DNA of 64,000 bases from Octopus sinensis. Taxonomy: Eukaryota. The notes under the pieces are model-generated. The model saw nothing but the letters and a program-made list of their open reading frames with translations. It had not been told where the DNA came from and did not search any database. The position numbers were made by a program, and so were the translations under genes. The first letter of the stretch is position 1; every line of letters starts with the position of its first letter. Of this stretch, positions 13,461-25,798 are shown one piece after another. The stretch is taken from positions 57,908,001-57,972,000 of the forward strand of contig NC_043005.1 of the NCBI RefSeq assembly GCF_006345805.1, read 5' to 3'.

Positions 13461-14126
13461 GCCATTGCTGCTGCCACGACTACCACCACCGTTGCCACCA
13501 CTGCTGCCACCACCACTGCCACCACCACTAACCACCGCCACCGCTTTGCCACTATGATTCCTCACCTCACCTTTTATCAAGGCAAGAAAATGAAAGAATG
13601 AGGACTGTCCTTTTTGACCGATATAAACAGTTTATTTACAAATGTTTTCATGTTTTTGTTTTTTTTACTTCTTTTGCTTTTGTTTATGCTGAGTTCAAAT
13701 GCAATACATGCTGTCTCGCAGCTCCAAATATTTTTCCATGAACAACAAATTATTTGTTACAATATCATAACAATATAAGCGCAATATTGGTCTCAAATTC
13801 TATCACAAGGCCAGTAAGTTTGTAACTCGATTACAATTAACCCAAGTGTTTCAATGGCACTCAATTTACCAACTCTGAAAGGATGAAGGGCAAAGTTGAC
13901 CGAGGCAGAATTTGAACTCATAACGTTAAGATGGACAAAATGCTGCAAAACAAAACGGTCTGGCATGCTAATGATTCTGCCAGCTCACATAACATTGGTA
14001 TCATATAGCAGGTAATAACTATAATGATGTCACACAATAGAAAACTGCAACAGTAATAGCAAGTTATTATAGTTTACCAACGCTACACACAAAAGAGAGA
14101 GATACCTTTATATATATATATATATA

Positions 14127-14445
14127 TTAGGTTGTCAAGAAAGTTCTTGTGGAATTTTAAATTTTGGTTTTAAATGACGTATTTTCAAATCAATTTTTGT
14201 TAAATTGCTTTGACGTTATATATCATTTAAAAGCCCGTTTTTCACTCTATCTAATCGTGTTACTCTTTTTCTTTTTGAATAATTAGGCCATTTTTTTTCC
14301 GGAACGTTGAATACAAAATGGACAAAAAGCAAATTCGCACAATTTTCTTATCCCATTTCAAGCTAAGCCGAAAAGCTGCTGAAACAGCTGGTGATGTCAA
14401 TGATGCACTTGGCTCAGGAACCACTAATGAACATACAGCACAATG
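14127..14445 (+). mobile_element. 5' end of a cecropia-subfamily (Hsmar1-like) mariner, truncated by a SINE
   Basis: TA|ttaggttg TIR start; MDKKQIRTIFLSHFKLSRKAAETAGDVNDALGSGTTNEHTAQW resembles the Hsmar1 transposase N-terminus. Confidence 0.8.
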
Positions 14446-14830
14446 GTGTGTGCCTGAGTGCATGTGTTTGCTTCCCAACCACATGCTTTCAGGTTCAGTC
14501 CCACCGCATGGCACCTTGGGCAAATGTCTTCTCCAACAGCCGACCAAAGCCTTGTGAGTGGTTTTGGTAGATGGAAACTGAAAGAAGCCCATTATATATA
14601 TATGTAACTGTACATCAGTGTGTATGTCTTTGTGCCTGTGTTTGCCCCCCCCCCCCCAATTACCGCTTGACAACTGGTGTTGTGTTTATGTCTGTGTAAC
14701 TTAGCAATTCAGCAAAAGAGACTAATAGAATAAGTGCTAGGCTTAAAAAAAAAGTTACTGATTTGTTCAACTAAAACCCTTCAAGGCAGTACTCCAGCAT
14801 GGCCACAGTCAAATGCCTGCAGCAAGTAAA
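14446..14830 (+). mobile_element. SINE family A copy
   Basis: Similar to 512-943. Confidence 0.75.
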
Positions 14831-14863
14831 GAAATAAAAAAAATACAAAAACAAATATGTTAC

Positions 14864-14995
14864 CTATTTCTTTTGATTTTGAGGAACCGTCTTCTATCAC
14901 ATCACCTGTTCGCTGACCACTGCCCATTCGGTCAGCCATCCTCTGTGTGACCTTACCACTGGATTTCCTGCTACTGCTGCCACTACCAGTCCTTT
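14864..14995 (-). CDS. IFT88: IFT88 penultimate exon, (E)RTGSGSSSRKSSGKVTQRMADRMGSGQRTGDVIEDGSSKSKEI
   Basis: ttttcAG/GTAACA, 132 nt, phase 1/1; ends KEI and joins the last exon to give KEID, as in vertebrate NKEIDASY. Confidence 0.82.
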
Positions 14996-15169
14996 CTGAA
15001 AATTAAATGTGGAAAATGCAATTAAATGATAGCACACATACACACACACATATATATATGCTTGACAAGTGTATAAAGAAGTGCTGATCTCTAATTGTAG
15101 AGGAAATCTGTGGAAGAGGTAGAGCCAGGAAGACATAGGACGGGGTAGTGAAATATGATCCTTAAATGT

Positions 15170-15503
15170 TAGGCCTCATGGAGGCAATGAGAAGTGATCA
15201 AGACCTTTGGCAATACGCTGTGTTTGAGAAGATTCATCAAGTCAGGTGAAATTGTAGTTGTAGGTGATGCCAGTGCTATGTAACTGGCACCTGTGCCAGT
15301 GGCACATAAAAGCACTCATGCTGGTGGCATATAAAATGCACCCTTTACTCTCTTGGAGTGGTTGGTGTTAAAAGGTGTATCCAGCTGTAGAAATTCTGTC
15401 AAATCAGACTGGAACCTGGTGCAGCTCTCCAGGTTAGCAGTTCCAGTTAAACTGTCTAACCCATGCCAGCAGACACTAAATGATGATGATGATGATGATG
15501 ATA
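15170..15503 (+). mobile_element. RTE-like LINE 3' end with (TGA)n tail
   Basis: Same 3' UTR and taaatgatgatg tail as 16172-18198; similar ends at 20530-20710(-), 20990-21225, 25330-25640, 30345-30620(-), 30880-31135, 35080-35270(-), 37368-37960(-), 51905-52300(-), 53985-54480(-), 62625-63000(-), 63680-64000. Confidence 0.7.
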
Positions 15504-16171
15504 CATACATTCATATGTGTATAACAGAATAAGGTACAGACAGGCAAATAACTAGTATCAGGTCAGGTTAGATTATGACTTTGATACATTTCTACAATAC
15601 ATAGGAAGAGAAAAACGCTTCAAGGAATTTAAATCACAAGAGATCAATAAACAATCGATTCAGCCTGTGCACTAATTGACTAATTGTAGTTACCTATCAC
15701 CTACATCATCAGACATAGTATTACCTGCAATTTACATCCATATGTGTGTCTGTGTGCGAATGTGTGTTTAAGCATCTATGTATATATAATATATATATAT
15801 ATATATATGTATGTATGAATGCATATTCCAACTGTGTCCATGTGAGAGCATCACTAGGTACTTAATGTTGGCACCATCATTGGTTAAATGTAGCATGACC
15901 AACCGAGCATGTTTAATTCATATCTAATCTTCTTTTCTCCCTTGATCAAGGAATTTAATTCCACCATTCTGTGAAGTTATAAGCTATGTTATTGAGACCT
16001 GGCACTCTAGTTGTCTGTCAAAACTGTTCCCACTATAATGATAAATCTTAGTAGACTGGTGTCAACAAATGTACCGCTATATATGTATGTACACATACAT
16101 GCATGCATGTATGTATGTATGAATCTATCTATCTATCTATCTATTTCTCTCTCTCTCTCTCTCTCTCTATA

Positions 16172-16204
<33 letters not shown>

Positions 16205-18198
16205 TTAGCGTCCGTTTTCCATGCTAGCATGGGTTGGACGGTTCTACTGGGGTCTGTGAAGCCAGAAGGCTTCATCAGGCCCAGTCAAATCTGGCAGTGT
16301 TTCTACGGCTGGATGCCTTCCTAACGCCAACCACTCCGTGAGTGTAGTGGGTGCTTTTTACGTGCCACCCCCACTGGTGCCAGACAGAGCTGGCAAACGG
16401 CCACGAACGGATGGTGCTTTTTATGTGCCACCGGCACGAGGGCCAGGCGAGGCTGGCAACGGACACGAAACGGGGCAGTGCTGGCAACGGTCGCGAAACG
16501 GAAAGTTCTCTTACATGCCACGGCACTGGTAACACATCTGCAATTTCCATTGATCGATTTCGATTCTGATCCTCACTTGCCTCAATGGGTCTTCACAAGC
16601 AGAGTTTCGACATGCCACCGGCACTGGTAGCACATCCGCAATTTCCATTGATCGATTTCGATTCTGATCCTCACTTGCCTCAACACGTCTTCACAAGTAG
16701 AGTTTTGTGTCCCAAGAAGGGAAGGTATGCATACGTAGGCTGGCTCCATCCCATGTAGAAGGCCACGGGTTGTGGACTCACTTGTCCTGCCGGGTCTTCT
16801 CGCGCACAGCACCTTCCAGAGGTCTCGGTCTCTAGTCATTTCCTCAGTGAGACCTAAAGTTCGAAGGTCGTGCTTCACCACCTTGTCCCAGGTTTTCCTG
16901 GGTCTGCCTCTTCCACAGGTTCCCTCAACCGCTAGGGTGTGGCACTTTTCACACACTATCTTCATCCATTCTCGCCACATGACCATACCAGCGCAAACGT
17001 CTCTCTTGCACACCACAACTGATGCTTCTTAGGTCCAGCTTTTCTCTCAAGGTACTTACACTCTGCCGAGTGTGAGTACCAGCATTACACATCCATCGGA
17101 GCATACTGGCTTCATTTCTAGCGAGCTTACGCATATCCTCAGCAGTCACGGCCCATGTTTCACTGCCATGTAGCATGGCTGTTCGTACACACGCATCATA
17201 CAGTCTGCCTTTCACTCTGTGCGAGAGGCCTTTTGTCACCAGCAGAGGTAAGAGCTCTCTGAACTTTGCCCAAGCTATTCTTACTCTAGCAGTTACACTT
17301 TCAGCACACCCACCCCCGCTGCTGACTTGGTCACCTAGGTAACGGAAACTATCAACTATTCTAGTTTTTCTCCCTGGAAAGTGACGGAAGTTGGTCTCAG
17401 AGCATTTTCAGTGTTTATTGTTCCTGAGCATCTGCCACATACAAAAACCATCTTCCTAGTTAGCCTTCCTTTGACATTGCTGCATCTCTTATGTGTCCAT
17501 AGCTTACACTTGGTGCATCTTATAGAGTTTCTACCTACACCTTTTCTACAGATCGAGCAGGGCCATCTACCTGAAGGTGTTTGTGATTTGTCTACCTTCC
17601 TACTGATTACGACTTTGGTTTTAGCTAGATTGACTCTGAGGCCCTTCGATTCTAATCCTTGTTTCCACACCTGAAACTTCTCCTCCAGTTCTGATAGCGA
17701 CTCAGCAATTAGAGCAAGGTCATCAGCATAGAGGAGCTCCCAAGGGCATCCTGTCTTGAATTCCTCCGTTATTGCCTGGAGGACTATGATAAATAGGAGG
17801 GGGCTGAGTACTGAGCCTTGGTGGACCCCTACCTCTACCCGGAATTCTTCACTGTACTCATTTCCACCCTCACCCTACTAGCGGCGTCCCTATACATGGC
17901 CCGCACAGCTCTCACTACCATTCATCTATCCCTAGTTTTCTCATTGCCCACCAGATAAGGGATCGGGGGACCCTGTCGAAGGCTTTCTCCATGTCAACAA
18001 AAGCCAGGTACAGGGGCTTATCTTTGGCTAGGTATTTCTCCTGCGCTGCCTTACCAGGAATATAGCATCAGTAGTACTTTTCCCTGGCACAAACCCAAAC
18101 TGCATCTCATCTAACTAACTCTCTCTCTAATTAGTTGGCTATGACCCTCTCTGTAACCTTCATCACCTGGTCCAACAGCTTGATACCTCTGTAGTTAT
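16172..18198 (-). mobile_element. 5'-truncated RTE-clade LINE (RT domain with YADD, Cys-rich insert, 3' UTR, (TGA)n tail), frameshifted
   Basis: NYRGIKLLDQVMK...QFGFVPG near 18198; YADD at 17730-17719; GLRVNLAKTK; CSIC...CTKC...HKRC; RRLRWYGHVARM; GRGRPRKTW. Confidence 0.92.
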
Positions 18199-18722
18199 TT
18201 ATAGATATATGTACTGTTGTGTCTGAGGAGAGTCATTCTCTTTTAGTGCCTTTTACTGTCTCTTTCACTCTCTCTTTCTCTTTCACTTCCTTTGTGTCCC
18301 TCTTCTCTCCCGCTTTTGATTTAACAATGTGTATGTGTATTTATGTATCTACTTCTCTTGCGATGAACGCAGTCACCACTCACTGTTTCTTTCACTCTCT
18401 CTCTTTCTCACACACATTTTTCCTCTCTCTCTCACTATCTTCCTTTCTTTCTTTCTTAGGTCCTCTCTGAAAAAGCAAAACGAATGCTGTTACCACTCAC
18501 TGTCTGTTTCACTCTCTCTTTCTCTCTTACTTCTCTGAAACATTTAAAAACACAAAACCAATGATGTCACCACTCACTGTCTGTTTCACTCTCTCTTTCT
18601 CTCTTACTTCCTCTCTGTCCTCCTCTCTCACTTTGCCACTTCTTTGAAGTGTGACACACACTACAGGTACGTACAAAAACAAAGAGCGTATTAATATTAC
18701 TGATGATAACATAATAATAATA

Positions 18723-19125
18723 AGGACTTCTCCATTAAGACTAACCATACTATTATGACAAGAAGACCAGACATGACTATAGAAGGCATAATAAACAGAG
18801 CAGGATCATAGATTTTGCAATACCCTATGATAGCAGAGTTGATACCAAAGAAATGGGAAAAACTGAGAGATACGAAGATCTAGCCAGAGAACTGAGGAGA
18901 CTGCAGAAGATCAAGGCAAAATCATTCCTGTAGTAGTAGTAGGTGCACTTGGCATAACACCCAAAATGCTATCTAAAAGACAACGAAACTGGAATTGAAA
19001 CTCGCATTGTTGACCTGCAGAATTCTGGAAGAATCCTAAGAAAGATTCTTGAGGTTTGAGGAGACTTGTTGTCGTCAAACCACAAGATAGAATATCTAGT
19101 AAAAAAACTAGTATGCACTAGTGAA
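18723..19125 (+). mobile_element. 5'-truncated REL-endonuclease non-LTR element (R4/Dong/NeSL-like)
   Basis: DFSIKTNHTIMTRRPD...IIDFAIPYDSRVDTKE...RYEDLARELRRL...VVVGALG...RILRKILEV; TAA repeats on both flanks. Confidence 0.75.
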
Positions 19126-19326
19126 ATAATAATGATAATAAATGTGGTCAAATTCCAGCAGCTGGTCATAGGTGAAGCTGGAACACTGCCAAAAACAAAA
19201 AAAAATTACCAAACTTTTTTTTATATATATTAAATATAAATATAAAAGAGAATGAAACTTTGAAGACGAAAGATAAGAGAGAAGAAGATACATTAAAGGA
19301 GTATTATTCAGAGATATATCACATAC

Positions 19327-19393
19327 CACTGCCAGCGCTTCCTTCACGAGCATCTCGGTGCCGACCACTGCCTCGTCTGCCACTGTTGATTCT
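19327..19393 (-). CDS. IFT88: IFT88 exon, RINSGRRGSGRHRDAREGSAGS
   Basis: cattcAG/GTATGT, 67 nt, phase 0/1; resembles RIKSGR.GSG....REGSAS. Confidence 0.88.
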
Positions 19394-19624
19394 CTGAATG
19401 CCACAAAGAACAGAGAGGAAATTTAATGCAATGCAGCAGTGTTGGATATATATATATATATATTACCACATATGTTTTGGAACAGTTTAGATTCTCTGTC
19501 TATAGGATATAAATTGATACATTAGTGTATGTTCATATGTGTTTCCATCAACAAAGAGGGGTTTATATTTTATCTTCTTTGGCAATAGGAAAATACACAC
19601 ACACATATATATATATATACACAC

Positions 19625-19669
<45 letters not shown>

Positions 19670-19727
19670 TATTATATATATATACACATACACACACACA
19701 CACAAATCATCACCATCATCATATGTA

Positions 19728-20444
19728 CACAGACATGACAGAAGTAAATAGACACCCCATAAAACAGCGGTTTATGCTTATTCTAACCTGTAAAGGTCTA
19801 TAATTTTTTTTAATGGACATTTTTATGTTTCAGGTTCTATATGTGATTGTTTAATCATACCATGTACAAAAGAAGCCTCGGAACCATCTGAATTTCAAAG
19901 AGGCCGTATTGTGGGTCATTCTGAAGGTGAACATAGTCAGTGCAAAATCGCAGAAAACCTTGGGAACCTGCTTTCTACAGTTAATAGAGTGATTGTGCAA
20001 TTTCACTAGAGAGAGGAAGGAGTCCACATCATCTCATCCAGATCAACCAGGGCCCTCTGACAGGATCCCTCTCTTTGTTAGGAGAAGCATGGAGGATAAT
20101 CCTTATTGCAAAGCCTCTCACATAGCAGAACAAGTTGATGTCAGTCCCAGAACTACTGTAAGGTATCTCCACAAACTTGGTTACTATGGCAGAGCAGCAA
20201 GAAGGAAGCCACATCTTCAACCAGCCAACATCAAGCGGAGAAAAGATTGGGCCAGTGAGATGGTGGAGAGGTCACTAGCATCTTGGGATACTGTCATATT
20301 CTCTGATGAGTCTAGATTTGCTGTACTTCCTGACAGTGGTCGAGAGTGGGTCTAGAGACTCTGTGATCAAGAATTTGATGTGGAAAGATTTTAAATAAAT
20401 TTTAATGATTATAAGGGTGTCTATTTAATTCTGTCATATCTGTG
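19728..20444 (+). mobile_element. Internally deleted Tc1-like transposon with both TIRs
   Basis: TA flanks; TIR cacagacatgacagaagtaaatagacaccc / gggtgtctatttaattctgtcatatctgtg; [10 protein letters not shown]...RRKPHL...WDTVIFSDESRF. Confidence 0.9.
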
Positions 20445-20954
20445 TATATATATATACACAAACATATATTACATATGTATATATTTATATACAAAGACAC
20501 AAATATTTACAAATACACACACAAGCATTATCATTTAATGTCTGTGTTCAATGCTAGCATAGTTTGGATAGTTTGACAGGACCCAAAGGGTTGAAGGAGA
20601 GCATCATGCTCCAATGTCTGCTTGGGCATGGTTTCTATGGCTTGATGCCTTTCCTAATGCCAACCCCACCTTACATCATGCACTGAATGGTTTTTATGTG
20701 GCACCAGCACCAGTGAGGTTGCTATGCAGCTTGCAAAACAAAGACCTCCTTCAAATGAGTAGGGCTGCAGTACAATACCTTTTCCTGGTTGTTGTTGTCA
20801 TCACTGTCATTGTTATCATTATCATCACCTCTGTTTTCATCATAGGCCTGAGGTTATAGTAGAGGACACCTGTCCAAGGTGCCATGCAGTGAGACTGAAC
20901 CCAGAACCATGTGGTTGGGAAGCAAATTTCTTACTGCACAGCCAGGCTTGCACC

Positions 20955-20987
<33 letters not shown>

Positions 20988-21529
20988 AAGTGGTTGGCAT
21001 TTTGAAAGGCATCCAGCAGTAAAAACCATGCCAAAACTGACCTTGCCTGTGCTTGTGCCATGTAAAATGCACACAGTCCACTCTACAGTGTGGTTGGTGT
21101 TAGGAAGGGCATCCAGCCATAAAAACCATGCCAAAACAGACACAGTAGCCTGGTGTAGTCTTCTACCTGGCCAACTCCTATCAAACCATCCAATCCATGG
21201 ATGGCGGATGTTAAATGATGATGATAATATATATATAGAGAGAGTTTCATTCAAACTCACTATTGTGAAGATGTGTAAGGTCAACTGATTGATTCAGGAA
21301 TGCAATGTCTGTTTGTCTCACATAAATCGATGCAAGTGATGCTAAATGCTGCCTTATTAACAGTAACCATCCCAACACATAAATACCATCTGTTTCTTCC
21401 TTTTTGTTAAAGGGCAAATTTTTCTGCTGTGTACAAACTGGTTTCAAAATACACATGACCAGATAAAATTTACTACGACAAGGAATAAACGTATGAGAAA
21501 GAAGAAAGAAAGAAAGAATGCAGATATAC

Positions 21530-21636
21530 CTGGTCACGCATTTCCTTAGCCTTTTCTGCTTTCTTTAGTTTCGTTGCATATTCTTGTGCATCTGGTAGAC
21601 CCAGGTCAGCACTGATTTTTGTCAGAAACTTTAAAC
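21530..21636 (-). CDS. IFT88: IFT88 exon, (C)LKFLTKISADLGLPDAQEYATKLKKAEKAKEMRDQ
   Basis: ttacAG/GTATAT, 107 nt, phase 1/0; matches CL.FL.....DLGL.DAQEYA.KLK..EK.KE.R.Q. Confidence 0.96.
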
Positions 21637-21817
21637 CTGTAACAAAAGAGACAAAGAGAAAATATAACATATTCTTTTATTGGTTTCAGTCACTAAAACA
21701 CACATATATATATATATAGTTCATAGATAAGATCAAGCTATTCTCTGTATAGAATACACTTAGTAGTACTCAAGAGATTTAAACTTGAGCGGATATAGAA
21801 GCAAATGTCGGGATAAA

Positions 21818-22273
21818 CAAATTAGACATCAATATATACAATATATTAAACACATGAAATACAAAATATGTGTACGTATAAAAAGGTCAAATTAGACATC
21901 AATATATACAATATATTAAACACATGAAATACAAAATATGTGTATGTATGTATACATATAAAAAGGTCTGACTTACACAGAATACAAATGAAATACAAAA
22001 TTAAAGGGGTGGATGAAAAGTGTTACAAATCCAACAGCTGTTTCTGAGGGCTTGGTGGTCCATAATAATGCTTGTAGATTGATTCCATAATAAGATGACA
22101 CAAGCCTCTGTCTTCTGGGAAGAGATTTGAGATGTTATAGGAGAGAAGTTCAAAGACAGAATGCATACTATTCCTCCACCCCTTTAATTCTCTATTTCAT
22201 TTGTATTCAAACACATTTTTTGTATTTCATGTATTTAATATACTGTATATATTGAACTGTCTAATTTGCTTAT
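21818..22273. repeat. Foldback inverted repeat, probably Penelope-derived; left arm has a 70-bp tandem duplication
   Basis: 21818-22013 is inverted at 22175-22273. Confidence 0.7.
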
Positions 22274-23200
22274 GCCCATATATCTATATGATCATGTGAT
22301 TAAGAAGTTCACTTTGGAACTATGTGATCCTGGGTTCATTCTAACTGTGTGGACCCTATCAGCTGAATTCTATCATAACTGTAAGTTGACCAACACCTGG
22401 TGAGTGAAGTGTGGTAGACAGAAAGAGATTCTTTTATTCTTTTACCTGTTTCAGTCATTTGACTGCGGTCATGCTGGAGCACTGCCTTAAAGGGTTTTTA
22501 GTCAAAAAAGTCAAGCCCAGGACTTATTCTTTGTAAGCCTAGTACTTATTCTATCAGTCACTTTTGTCAAACCACTAAGTTACAGGGACGGAAAGACACC
22601 AACATCCATTGTCAAATGATGGTGGGGATACAAACACAGACACAAAGACACACACACATAAATAAATAAATATATATATATATATATATATAATATATAT
22701 ATATATATATTTATAAATCCAAAACACGGAACAAGAATGTAATGGACAACAATGAAAACATATGGACAGATGGACAATACAAAGACAGACGGAATATTCA
22801 TGGCTTTCTATTCATCAGTCAAGCTTCCAGTTATCACTACCGTTTTGGTCTGTTACACTTGGGACTGTTCAAAATTGGTAGGCCCCAAAAATCTAAGCTA
22901 AGAGCATTAAATTTTTGGAAGAAAGTCGACGAATATGTGCGAAAACAAAGACAAAAAAAGGGAAAAATGGAGAAAATGTTACACAATTACAAATACAAAC
23001 AACAGGTGCCTTTCGACTAAAAGGACAAGTTAATTTAAGCCGGTGTGTGAAGTGGAAGCCTTATGGCAACAAATATAGACGAAAATTGGAGACAAGAAAA
23101 CAAGGTGCTGTGCGAGAGGCAAGCACTGGCCAAGCACTGGTCATGTGGGAGGGAAAAAGAGAGGTAGGGAGCAGAGGGATTGAAGAATTAGGGAAGGAAC

Positions 23201-23234
<34 letters not shown>

Positions 23235-23523
23235 GAAAAAGAAAAGAGGAAAGAAAGAAGAAAGTTGTATAGAATTTAGATACATACTTACAAGCTGATA
23301 TATATATATATAAAATAAATCCAATACAAGGAAAAACAATTTTTTTATAGGGGTGGAAAAATGTCCAATTTTCTACTGGTTTTTCAGTAAATACCCCATA
23401 GGGTAGAGAAAAACCTTTCACAACCAAAAGGGTATATATTCAATATAGAAAAATTAAAAGTAAATAAAGATTTAAATATAATTTATTAACATAATATTAT
23501 ATTACAATAAATATAATATAATA

Positions 23524-23664
23524 TTAGGTTGTCCCAAAAGTTTGTAAACACTTGCGAAAATTGAATTTTTACTCGCCAAGTACTAACAAAAACAACAAAA
23601 ATTATTCCTCAAAATAAAGACCATTATTTTCCAAGACTTTCTACGAACTTTTGGGACAACCTTA
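23524..23664. mobile_element. 141-bp mariner-type MITE
   Basis: TA flanks, TIR ttaggttgtcccaaaagt / acttttgggacaacctta. Confidence 0.8.
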
Positions 23665-23925
23665 TATAATATGAATAGAAATAGAAATATTAATTCTACA
23701 AATTGCTTCGATTCATACCCAATAATGAATTGATAAAAAATTTGTATGCATAAATATGAATATTTTATAAATTCATTATTGGGTATGAATCAAAATGATT
23801 TGTAGAAGAAATATTTGTATTTCTATTCATATTATATTATATTGTATTTATTGTGATATAATATTATGTTAATGAATTATATTTAAAATACATCAATCAT
23901 AAAAATTCATTTTCTTTTAAATTTT

Positions 23926-23930
23926 GTGTG

Positions 23931-23976
<46 letters not shown>

Positions 23977-24002
23977 TATATGTATGTGTGTGAGTATATA
24001 TA

Positions 24003-24042
<40 letters not shown>

Positions 24043-24134
24043 ATATATATAATATGTATGTGTGTGAGTATATATATATATATACATACATATATATATA
24101 TATGTATGTATATATATATATATTATATATATAT

Positions 24135-24168
<34 letters not shown>

Positions 24169-24195
24169 CATACATACACATATTACACATATATA
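23926..24195. repeat. Long (TA)n/(TG)n microsatellite block (others at 25640-25800, 26060-26160, 43440-43740, 58230-58440)
   Basis: Direct reading. Confidence 0.95.
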
Positions 24196-24722
24196 CAGGT
24201 ACACAATCCTTTATCCAGAAATCTAAAATCCAGAAAGTCTACAAAACCAAACTTTTTGGTAGAGGGTGGAGCACATCATACCAGGGGTTGTTTGGTGCAC
24301 AAACAGCTAACCACCATGACCTGACTCACTCAGATATGATGTGACAATGCTCAGCAGGTTGGCTGCCACTTATTACTAAGCATCAGGTGTGGCTTAAGCA
24401 CTCATAGAGAGAAGACATCCATTTGCTGTTTGCTGTCTTTGCATCGTTTCTTGTGACTTTGTATATAATTTACCTTGAAAATGTCAAAAAGAACTGCAGA
24501 TACCCCAATGGATAACAGTGAAGAAAAAAAAAAAGGAAACATTTATCATTATCAATAATGCAGAAAGTGAAGTTACAACAGAAACTTGATCATTGTGTGT
24601 CTGTGTCTGTGCGGTGGTTCGCTAAAAAATATAGTGTTGGAACTAGCACTGTCTATGACTTAAAGAAACAGAAAGACAAATTACTTAAGTTTTACAGTGA
24701 GAGTGATGATCACAAATTAATG
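24196..24722 (+). mobile_element. pogo/Tigger-like transposon 5' part (CENP-B-type HTH)
   Basis: TA|caggtacacaatcc start; MSKRTADTP...KRKHLSLSI.QKVKL...YSVGTSTVYDLKKQKDKLLKFY. Confidence 0.8.
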
Positions 24723-25150
24723 ACCCAGGGCAGCACTACCTCCTCCAGGCATTTCATGTAGGCCTCCATGTTGAGTCTGGGGGCGTGTGGAAAGATGAAT
24801 GGAAGCTTAACATTGCCATCACTAATGATCACTCCAAACACCATGATGTTGACAGGATGTTTGATTTTTATCACTCTTGGTACATGTTTTGGGGACACGG
24901 CAAGCCAATGGTTGTTCTGTATGTTCACCATTTGTTCGTATTTGGAGATTCTGACACGAATGCCAAGCAGTACAGCATGTCGTTTCCAAATTTCTGGCAG
25001 AGTAAATTGCATCATGATGCTGTTTTTCCTCACAGATGGTGCCCAACTGACCCTACTATACTGTGTAACCAACAAAATCAAAAACAAACAATGTGCATGC
25101 ATGAAATTAAAAACTATAAAATGGCAAAAATTTACCCATTGCACCCTGCA
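24723..25150 (-). mobile_element. maT/DD37D-type Tc1/mariner transposase fragment with left TIR
   Basis: QNNHWLAVSP...KHPVNIMVFGVIISDG...LNMEAYMKCLEEVVLPW. Confidence 0.7.
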
Positions 25151-25661
25151 TACAGATATTTTGATGTATACAGGGTGAGATGGGTAAATTGTCATGGTTT
25201 TATATTTTTAATTTTACACATGCACAAAAAAAATAATTAGGTATTGAACCAGTATTTCTTTGGATGACACCATCACTTCATGAGGCTAACATAAACTCTA
25301 ATCCAATTTTATATATAAATATATATATATATACACATCATGGAGGCAGTGACAGGTGACTGAGACCTTTGAAGATATACTGTGCTTGTGTAGACCTCTC
25401 AATCCAAGTGAGACTGTAGTCATGGCCAATGGCAGTGTCACATCAATGGCACCTATGCTGGTAGAACATAGAATGCACCCACTACACTTTTGGAATGGTT
25501 GGCATTAAGAAGGGCATCCAGCTGTAGAAATCTTGTCAAATCAGATTGGAACCTGGTGCAGCTCCTCAGCTTACCAGTTTTTAGCCAAACCATTCAACCC
25601 TTGCTAGTATGGAAAGCAGGCGTTAAATGATGATGATGATGATATATATATATATACATAG

Positions 25662-25705
<44 letters not shown>

Positions 25706-25734
25706 TATAGATATATGAACTTATACATATGTAC

Positions 25735-25798
<64 letters not shown>

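Noticed and set aside
19993-20355. 120-aa Tc1 ORF as a functional transposase
   Set aside because: Element is only 717 bp, N-terminus is out of frame, and the DDE domain is deleted after the first Asp
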